NCBI RefSeq assembly: GCF_006345805.1
Contig: NC_042998.1
Coordinates: 157,356,001-157,420,000, forward strand
DNA from: Octopus sinensis
Taxonomy: Eukaryota
Reading direction: 5' to 3'
DNA length: 64,000 bases
Shown piece by piece: positions 41,552 to 51,235 of the stretch. The notes beneath the pieces are model-generated. The model did not search any database, was not told the origin of the DNA, and was given only the letters and a program-made list of their open reading frames with translations. Each line of letters opens with the position of its first letter. Position 1 is the first letter of the stretch. Made by a program: the position numbers and the translations under genes.

Positions 41552-43640
41552 CAGATTAGCGGAACTGTTATAGAGTCGGGCGAAACGCTTTACGTTGTGT
41601 TCTGAAAATAATGCCTGCGACCCGACAACCAAGCTGTATTGGCTGAAGTCGATGGCCTATCCTTTAGATAAAGGTCAGTGGTGTGGAGAGAGGAAATATG
41701 CATGTATGATAAATGCTAGGCTTCCTCAAAAGCCAGGCCTGCATATACAACATAGGCCGAAGAAAATCTAATGTATACGTTCTATGTATATATAATTTTT
41801 TGAAATTATCCAGCGCCATTTTTAAATGATGCTGTTTTTATATTTGTGCGTATGTTTCGGAAAATAGTTTCCCCTTTGAAACTCTTGGAATATTGCTTCG
41901 TGTACGTTCGTAGGTTTTATCATTATCTTACAGCATCTATGCATATTGGATGAAGTTTTTCTTTGTGATGAATTTTCTGTGTATAACCGGAATTCAAGAA
42001 GTATTTTATCCAATATTGGTAAATGTTTAAGACAGTGGGGTAGGATCTAAAGATAATGTGGCTGAAGCCTGAGTAGGCGGATGCTCCTTGGTTTGAATGA
42101 AGCTAGTAGGCTACAACTGCCTCTTCATACAGCTTCATCCGTCCTGATAAGAGTAGACCTATACTGTTTAATCCAAAACCATCATTTTCCAGAGGAAAAG
42201 TTGTATCCAACATGCCCTTCCTTTTTAAAGAACATGGATAGTGATTTAAGGACGGTTAGACTGGTATTTATGGCTACATGAATGATACATTAAAGGCACG
42301 CATCCTCAAATCACTCTCCATGTTCTTTAAAGAACATGGAGAGTATATTTTTATAGAGTTTCGTAACATATCCAAATAGATGACTAGGTATCTCATCGCT
42401 GAATGAAAACATCGCATAAACAATCATTATTTCGATATCAGATTAGTGGAACTGTTAGAGAGTCGGGCGAAACGCTTTACGTTGTGTTCTGAAAATAATG
42501 CCTGCGACCCGACAACCAAGCTGTATTGGCTGAACTCGATGGCCTATCCTTTAGATAAACGTCAGTGGTGTGGAGAGAGGAAATATGCATGTATTATAAA
42601 TGCTAGGCTTCCTCAAAAGCCAGGCCTGCATATACAATATAGGCCGAAGAAAATCTAATATACGTTCTATGTATATATAATTTTTTGAAATTATCCAGCG
42701 CCATTTTTAAATGATGCTGTTTTTATATTTGTGCGTATGTTTCGGAAAATAGTTTCCCCTTTGAAACTCTTGGAATATTGCTTCGTGTACGTTCGTAGGT
42801 TTTATCATTATCTTACAGCATCTATGCATATTGGATGAAGTTTTTCTTTGTGATGAATTTTCTGTGTATAACCGGAATTCAAGAAGTATTTTATCCAATA
42901 TTGGTAAATGTTTAAGACAGTGGGGTAGGATCTAAAGATAATGTGGCTGAAGCCTGAGTAGGCGGATGCTCCTTTGGTTTGAATGAAGCTAGTAGGCTAC
43001 AACTGCCTCTTCATACAGCTTCATCCGTCCTGATAAGAGTAGACCTATACTGTTTAATCCAAAACCATCATTTTCCAGAGGAAAAGTTGTATCCAACATG
43101 CCCTTCCTTTTTAAAGAACATGGATAGTGATTTAAGGACGGTTAGACTGGTATTTATGGCTACATGAATGATACATTAAAGGCACGCATCCTCAAATCAC
43201 TCTCCATGTTCTTTAAAGAACATGGAGAGTATATTTTTATAGAGTTTCGTAACATATCCAAATAGATGACTAGGTATCTCATCGCTGAATGAAAACATCG
43301 CATAAACAATCATTATTTCGATATCAGATTAGTGGAACTGTTAGAGAGTCGGGCGAAACGCTTTACGTTGTGTTCTGAAAATAATGCCTGCGACCCGACA
43401 ACCAAGCTGTATTGGCTGAACTCGATGGCCTATCCTTTAGATAAACGTCAGTGGTGTGGAGAGAGGAAATATGCATGTATTATAAATGCTAGGCTTCCTC
43501 AAAAGCCAGGCCTGCATATACAATATAGGCCGAAGAAAATCTAATATACGTTCTATGTATATATAATTTTTTGAAATTATCAAGCGCCATTTTTAAATGA
43601 TGCTGTTTTTATATTTGTGCGTATGTTTCGGAAAATAGTT
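41552..43640. repeat. Tandem duplication, 886-887 bp unit, about 2.36 copies
   Basis: 'cagattag.ggaactgtta' at 41552, 42439 and 43325; copies 2 and 3 are almost identical, copy 1 has scattered substitutions in the shared part. Confidence 0.95.
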
Positions 43641-44036
43641 AACTTTCTTTTTATAGATGTAAATTTTAGTTGAAAATATTTTCCATACATTTATTTCACA
43701 AAGAAAATACATGAATTTAATTCAGCACAAGAAGTTTTATAACTAGTGAATTCATTCTGGTAAGCTTTGATTTACAAATTTCAATGGGAAGTGTTGATAT
43801 AATAAATAGCTAATATCAAACAGTAGAGTGGTCGAGTAAGTCAGAGATATATAATACGCATGGCCACGAATAAAAGGGATAAAGGGTCCAGTTTTATAAG
43901 CTCAATGGAATTATTTAAGAAAAAAACAAGCAAATAAAATTAGTTATAGATTCGACTTGCTTGATATTTATTTTTTTGATTATAAAACAAGCTGATAGTT
44001 ATTAACAAGACCGATTTATTCCCTGACCTCTTTCAG

Positions 44037-44278
44037 GCTACGCAACGCAATATCATGAAATGAATGAATTGTCAGAAAAGAAATTTAAACAGAAATTAGA
44101 AATCGTCGGATTTCCTTGTAATCAATTTATGTATATGGAACCTGGTTTAAATAAAACAGAAATTATGAACGGTCTCAAACATGTTCGTCCTGGAAATGGT
44201 TTTGTTCCTAAAATTGATATGATGAAAAAAACCGACGTCAATGGTATAAATGAGCATCCTCTTTTCACTCTTCTAAAG
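44037..44278 (+). CDS. GPX: Glutathione peroxidase coding exon 2
   Basis: Acceptor ctctttcag|GC completes Gly (phase 1); YATQYHEMNEL..LEIVGFPCNQFMYMEPG..EIMNGLKHVRPGNGFVP..DVNGINEHPLFTLLK; donor AAG|GT (phase 0). Confidence 0.95.
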
Positions 44279-44689
44279 GTATTTGTAACATTCTTTTCAT
44301 ATTACCTTAGTAAAAAGTAAAAACCTAGTGTTTACAATGGAAACGTTTGCATTATTTTTTCGATAAACATGAAACATTTCAAAAGATTTAGGTTAACAAA
44401 ACTGAAACAGTATATAATGTGAGACTTTGATTGACTAAACGATCATTATATTTGAATGTTAAATAAAACCAAGCCAACATGACTGCGCATAATGCATCAA
44501 ATTATAAACAAATATACACAGCATACTGATCCAAAGATAATGAACAAAAGCAGTGCAAAATCACTCAGTATAAAATCCACTTCAAATAATACATTTCAAG
44601 GCAACAAGTGTGCTAACAATTCTGACAACTCACCGCCTTAAGACCAATAATAATCATGTAGTTTTCAAATTTTGGCACTAGGGGAGGCG

Positions 44690-44865
44690 GAGGAGTAAGT
44701 CAACTACATCGACCCAATGTTCCACTGGTACTTATTCTATCGATCTAGAGAGGATGAAAAGCAAAGTCGATCTCGGTTGAATTTGAACTCAGAATGCAAA
44801 GACGGACGATATGCTGCTAAGCATTTTGTCCGGCCTGCTAACGATTCTGCCAGCCCGCTGCCTTA
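44690..44865 (-). mobile_element. SINE family 1 copy in GPx intron 2
   Basis: Head, core and short tail. Confidence 0.85.
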
Positions 44866-45450
44866 CAAATAATAATAATACAAATTTATAGTGATGTTTA
44901 TAAATATGTGGTTATATCGGTATATATTTAAGCTTACAATAAAAAAAAATTTCAGCTATGAGTTGTTTTCGGCAGAATAGCCTAAACATGCATGCCAGTA
45001 TGTTCCCTTCACAGCAACTACACAGCAGAACCCACTTAGACATCTCGCACAAATTCCATTCTGAGTTACCTTTTGCCGAATTAATAGGATGCCTATCAGG
45101 CAGTAAAAACGTTACCGCACTTTGTATCCTGAAACCGGCACTACACTATAGCTGTTACTAATGATGTAATTTCCGATGATGCAACTACGCTCGTTACTGT
45201 AAATATGTAACACCGAAAGGTGATAGTTCAGGTGATGGGAGTGTTTCGTTAGTCTGTTCCACTGAGTTGAATATATTTCCATAATATACTTTAAGGAAAA
45301 TTTGGTGCCAGAAGCCTGAGCCAGAAAATTCTCACTAAGACAAAATACTCTGTAGTGAATCTATTACCCAATTGGCTTTCAGACTCCCTTATCACCTCGC
45401 CAACCAACGTGACTGCCATTATATTTTTGCTTTGCATTCTAAAATTTCAG

Positions 45451-45645
45451 TATTCATGTCCTTCGCCACGTGATGCAGAATACGATAAGATGAAAGGTAC
45501 CTGGAATCCTATCACTCCGCGAGACATCACATGGAATTTTGAAAAATTCGTTATCGATCACAATGGAATTCCGATTTTCCGATATTTACCGATAACAACA
45601 CCACATGCCATCATTGAGGATCTACAAAGGAAGTCAATCCTATAA
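45451..45645 (+). CDS. GPX: Glutathione peroxidase coding exon 3 (to stop)
   Basis: Acceptor tttcag|TAT (phase 0); YSCPSP...PRDITWNFEKFVIDHNGIPIFRY; 199+242+195 = 636 nt gives 211 aa plus stop. Confidence 0.95.
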   Translation, partial: YSCPSPRDAEYDKMKGTWNPITPRDITWNFEKFVIDHNGIPIFRYLPITTPHAIIEDLQRKSIL

Positions 45646-45898
45646 CTAACTCCTGTATAATTCAAAGTTAAAGAATATAATAACCGTAAGAATTATTTTA
45701 AACTCATTTTAATTGCATTAATCTATTAGGTTGAGTAAAAAGTAAGCAGCTTTTTGAATCATGAAGAATTTGTATCGGATTTTTGCAGAGTTTTGAATTT
45801 TTTAAAAACATTTTTTGTAATTGTCTGATAATATAGGCATAGACCTTCCCAAATGCATCCATAAATTAACAGTGATATTTTTTCATCGTTCTTACAAT

Positions 45899-47360
45899 CA
45901 TCTGTGACCGAGTTGATCGTGAATTTTGTTTGTGCGAAAGGATAGTCAACGTTGGATTTGTTATTAATTGTTGTATCTTAAGACACTTGTTTTTGCTGTC
46001 TTCCGGCAGTTTTGTTAAGACTGTGCCCCTTATTTGAAGGGAGAAGCGCTGTTAATTGGAGAGAATTAGCTACTCAGACCTGTCATCGTCTGAGGAGGAG
46101 CTGGTGGGATGTCTGGACGAAATAGATAGAGAGACGGAAAGGAGGAGTTTCACAGAAGTGGTGAGATAGCAGTCTGAAGATGTGCGTTTGGAGGGAATTG
46201 AAAGATTGCCAGAAATGATGAAAATGGAGAGAAACAATGTCAAGATATCCCCTCCTATGGTAACTACAGAAAGGACATCTAAAAGAATGGTGTTGTATAG
46301 AACATACAACGTAAGACTGCATCGGATAGAGGTGGCTACAAGAGCTGAAGTGTAAAGCGCTCTGCAGCCCATTTGGAAAGTGATGGATTACCTAGCTAGA
46401 GATAGAAAGTTCGCAACGGTGGGGTGCAGTTTGCGTCCGAGGCTGTAGACCGGCAGTATGTCGTTAATCCCCTCAAGACAGAAGAGGTGGTCCTTCTACC
46501 CATTTACCTAGGAAGACGTGCTTCTCGGATAAGGGTAGAGGAAATCCCTCCTGAGGTGGATGCTGCCTGACTGGTAGATACCATCCTACTTGGTATGGAG
46601 GACCAGATTGTGGTCCTCCAGGCAAAAAGAATGCCGACAACCAGTTGGCAAGTGTAGGGCCTGAAAATCGGGATCCAGGCCGCCCCAGAGACCATCATGG
46701 TCGACGGGGACATCAACTTGAGAGTCATGGTAGAATGCAGGGCGCCCAGGTGTTTTAAATGTGGGGGGAAAGGGCCACATTAAGGCAGAATGCCCTCCAA
46801 CCAGTGCAAAGGAACCAAAAGAAAAAAGTCGAGCCTCCACCTCTGGCGAAGTCATCTACAAGCAAGGAGGAGCCTGGGAACGAAGAGCAGGAATGGATAC
46901 AAGCTAAAAGAGGGAGGAAAACGAAAAAAAAGACATGAGGAAAAAATGTGAACCCCCACCCTACTCCCATTCGACAACCACCCGATCCCATGCTATCACA
47001 ATCCCCCCTGCCTCTCCTGACACAGACAATAACATAAATAGACAGGAACCCAAAATTCCCCAAACCTCCCCCTAAAAAATTGTCTTGCTTTAATGGAAAA
47101 CTGTGGAACAGAAACATTGGACATAGGCGTGGCAGTAGACGCAAGTAAGCTGCCGCCTAAGTTAAATTATAAGTTTGCAAAAAAAGTTTTAAAAAGTGTA
47201 AATGAAGTCACTCGGATGTGCTTCGAGTGGCTTCATTCCAATTCGTTATTAACTTTTTTCATTTTTCCCATTCGTTTGTCTATTTTCGTCCCACTTATAT
47301 GTTTTTATTTGTCCCTCTGTGTTTAGCCTCCTGTGGACAATAAAGAAATGTTGTTACAAT
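45899..47360 (+). mobile_element. ORF1-only (half-LINE) Tx1/L1-like element A
   Basis: ORF1 relics 'LQPIWKVMDYLARDRKFATV', 'PIYLGRRASRIRVEEIPPEVD', zinc knuckle 'CFKCGGKGHIKAECP'; no APE/RT; AATAAA at 47338; bounded by ttacaat repeats. Confidence 0.75.
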
Positions 47361-49025
47361 CATCTGAACCGACTTGTTCGTGAATGTTGTCTGCGCGTCG
47401 TTAGAGAGGTTAGTGAAGGATTGTTGAATTGGAAATTGCTGCCTTGCGGCAGTTTTGTTAGCGCTGTTCCCCTTGTTTAAAGAGGAAGCTTCGTGAAGAT
47501 TTGAATTCTTCAGACGTATGGACGTCTGAAGAAGAATTACTGAGAAGTTTAGATATTGTAGATCAGAAAATGAAAAAATGAAGGTGCAAAAAAAATGATT
47601 TTTGCAGCTGCGGCTGGTGAAACAAAAAAAACAAAAGAAGCGATTTGTTTTAAGAAGCGGTTGAAGAAGTAGAGGGAAATCCGCGAAGGGAGAGGCACGA
47701 AGTAAAAGTCACCCCTCCTAGTGAAGTTACAAAGGATACACAAAAGAGGACAATAATATATAGAACTTATAGTCTGGATGCAAAGAAAATGGAGATAGTG
47801 CAAAAACTACAAGTTGAGAAGACATTGAGACCCATCTGGCAGGATGTCACCTACCTTGACAGAGGGAGGAAATACGTAAATGTGGATGTGAGATTTGCAT
47901 CCGAGGAGAAGGCCAGGCAACATTCGGTAGCCTCCTTGAAAACGGACGAGCTAATATTTCTGCCTATTTACCTTGAAAGGTGTGCTTCCAGGGTGAAGGT
48001 GGAAGAGAATCACTCGGAGGTAGATGTTGCCTGGGTGTAGAGGAGAAGATTGAGGTCTTCCAGGCAACGAGAACACCGCTGAAGAATTGGCAAGAGGAGA
48101 GCCTGGAGATAATGATCCAGGCTGCCCTGGAGGACCTTGAAAGAATGGTCGACACCATAAAGGTGTGAGACGAGGTGGTATTGAGAGTCATAGTGGAGGG
48201 TAGGAAGCCCCGCTACTATAAATGTGGCCAGAAGATCCACATAAGAAAGGAGTGCCCTCCACCTACCACAAGGACGTCAGAAGCACTGAAGGTCGGGAGG
48301 GAAATTGCTCCTCCACCTCCTACAATGACAAATGGCACAGACGGGAGTATGAAGGAGTCAGGCAAGGAAGATGGCAAAGAGGCACAAATGGAGGAAGAGA
48401 AAACAGAAGAATGGAAAAAAGCCGAAAAAACATAACTCAGAGTATTGATATTAATCCCCATCCTACCAACCTCACTCTGCCCTTCCCTCCTCCTGCTGAT
48501 ACCGACCCTCACCCTACTCCACCAGACACTGATATTATAGCTACAAATATACAAGAGTCCCAAATTTCCCAACCCCAAACCTGTGAAAAAAGATGCATTG
48601 TTTTTTACAATAAGTCACTCAATGAGTTGAACGACGAAATAAACAATCTGAACGAGTTGATAAAAATCGATATTGAAAGGTGTGAGGGAGTACTCTCGCA
48701 AGTTAAATGGGTATTAATGGACAGAAAGAACTTGCAAATGTTATGTAAGGATTACGGGAGAAATGTAATTATCCCACAAAAGGAAATTGATACCAAGGGA
48801 GTGCAGTCAGTGGTAAGCTATCATGAACTTCTAAAATAATTTAACATGGGCATATTATGTATTTGATTGTTTTTAAAACAGTTTCAAAGTGGATTGTGGA
48901 GCCCGAGTGGCCTTCATTCCATCCATTCATTTTTTACACCACCCTTCTCATTCGTTTTATTTTTCCCCACTTTTGTGTTTTTGTCCATCTTTGTACTGTC
49001 TCCATAAAAAAATCGTTGTTACAAT
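47361..49025 (+). mobile_element. ORF1-only (half-LINE) Tx1/L1-like element B
   Basis: 5' end similar to A ('catctgaaccgacttgttcgtgaat'); 'LRPIWQDVTYLDRGRKYV', 'KCGQKIHIRKECP'; no APE/RT; ends 'tcgttgttacaat'. Confidence 0.75.
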
Positions 49026-49654
49026 AATCTGAAATGGAAATATTAAAGCGCGATATTCAGCAATATCAACGAAACGTTAGGTGAAGAAATGACCAGTGAA
49101 TGGTCAGCTCAAAAAGGGTTTAAATGAAACGACAATATCACATATTTCAGCGTACATATAAAATAATTAAATAAATGAATATACTATATATTTTCGTTAA
49201 GTACGTATCCATGTGTATAGTGAAAATGGGTTAATAGAATATACCACACACACACACCTCATCACTATTATTACTACATCACTTATTACCTTAAAACCCC
49301 TTCACTTTTATTACATTTTTTCCAATTATTAATCTATTTTGTACCTTTTCCCTCCAACTTTTTATCTATTTTTATTATTAGTTTTCTCACCAACAATACT
49401 GTTTTATTCATTGTTTCTGCTACCTATTTCTCCCACGCTGTCCATATTCACTCCTATTCACCTGTCCTACTCTTCTTATCCCGCTTTTGCACACCTCCAT
49501 ACATCACCAGAAACCACCTGCAAACCACACCGCTCAACTACTACGCCCATCTCTCTACACAAATATCATATACCCATATATGCGCAGAACATCCCATTCT
49601 TCTTCCCTTCCTAAATACCACTATATTTAACCGCATTTTCACCCGACACTTAAA

Positions 49655-49685
<31 letters not shown>

Positions 49686-49750
49686 CTTCTTCTTCTTCTT
49701 CTTCTTCTTCTTCTTCTTCTTCTTCTTCTTCTTCTTCTTTTTCTTCTTCC
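49655..49750. repeat. (TTC)n microsatellite
   Basis: Direct reading. Confidence 0.95.
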
Positions 49751-49790
49751 TTTTTCTGATGAATGACTAGCGTCCGAAACCTAAAAGAAG
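49751..49790 (+). ncRNA. Degenerate minimal hammerhead-like motif in a PLE pseudo-LTR remnant (~49750-49895)
   Basis: ttttt-CTGATGA-A-tGAC-tagc-GTCc-GAAAC-cta-aaag. Confidence 0.5.
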
Positions 49791-51235
49791 CTTTCCTTTT
49801 CTTTTCAAGTGTTATGCTAATAACACGTTTGTCAAAACTTGCTCCTCTTGTGTTTCCGTTCTTGTTTTTGCTAATTTCTCATATATTTAAAGTTAGAAAT
49901 CTGCACCTGGTATCATTTATACTATAAATGATACAGGTATAGTTTACATAGATTTATTGTGTATCGATAAAACAGAAAATTCAAAGCATTTATATACCAC
50001 CTGTTTTCTTGGTCGTACTTCCAATATATCGTAGATTTCTACAAGCATATACTATATGCATAAAGTACACACCAACCTCAATTTGTGTTTAAGTTGTCGC
50101 GCAGAGCACATAATTTTCATAGTACATCTCTCTGACCGAAGCCCAAATTGTGTTTCAGATTGCACTAAGCTGGAGAGGTTACTCATTAACTGATGTAAAA
50201 GCACTATAAATACAGTCTACCACGGATTCTAAGAGAATAATATTCTGGAAATAATCATATACAGATTAATTTTTTTTTCTTTTGTGTGTTGAGTCTTGCA
50301 TCCCATTAATATGGTCCTGTGGTATATGAAATCTATCTCATATGTTATATAGGGAAGAGGAAACTATTTCGCACCCGTCCCGCTGTATGGGGCGAAATTG
50401 CCATATAACCCAAGCACCTTCGTGTGCTTAATCGCTAAATTTACTTCATCCTTTGTGGGATTGCAATCCACATGATGATGTATATTTTCTTGAGACAAGC
50501 AATGAACATCTGCTTCAGCTACGACTGAAAGATTGAAAAAGGCCGTCCATTCTAATGCTATTTGATACTTTAGCTAGTGCTGTGCTGTGTGTGGAATTCC
50601 GAATTACTATAGAAGAGGATGTTTTAAAAACACTTGTCGCAGAAAACCATCAATTTCAGTTATCCCTCTATAGTTACTGTAAGCGTTAGAAAAAAACTCT
50701 CGTCCGCGTCTGGCAGAAACTCTCCAGTTGCTAGCGGTAACAGAATTACTATCATCCGGCCAAACTCAATGATTTGTTTTTTGAAACAAAGTACCTCATG
50801 TCACACTAGACACTAATGATTTTCAAATTTATTGAACGATTTAAAAAATCCCTGGCTGTGCCAGATTAGTCACATCAATGCGTTTAGAGGCTGTTCTATT
50901 ATTAATTCGAAGCTTTTTTTCCCGAAAGAGAGAAAGAAATTCGTGTGACTTTGGGAAATACTATTTTTGTAAGAAAGAAAAAAAAACAGATGATGGTAGA
51001 GAGGGTGAGACGAAATAATGATGTTTGTAAATCAGTAAAAATAACAAAAATGAATAACAAAGATAACGTAAATTAAAACAAGTGAGAAAACGACTTTCTT
51101 AATGTATAAGTAATTGCAAGCTACTCAGACATGGCGTTGGGAAAATGCTTTTCAAAATTTGTCCCGGCTCTTTATTCTCAAAGTTAGTATTTCGTCGATT
51201 TAAGGCGGCGAGCAGGTGAACTGCTTAGCGGTTTT

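Noticed and set aside
42055-42120. Two hammerhead-like shapes (ctgaagcc-tgagta-ggc; atgaagc-tagta-ggc)
   Set aside because: The CUGANGA and GAAA cores are both broken; too degenerate to call.
42446-42658. Repeated 70-aa ORF (and 63-aa antisense ORF) in the tandem unit as a gene
   Set aside because: Identity reflects recent duplication; copy 1 has an in-frame TAG near the start, and I recognise no homology.
45646-45898. Relic SECIS element in the GPx 3' UTR (ATGA at ~45761)
   Set aside because: No properly spaced apical AA or matching GA quartet with a flanking helix by eye; a SECISearch run would settle it.
50350-50900. Possible old LINE RT fragment ('PTKDEVNLAIKHTK', minus strand)
   Set aside because: Only one weak motif; not enough to annotate.
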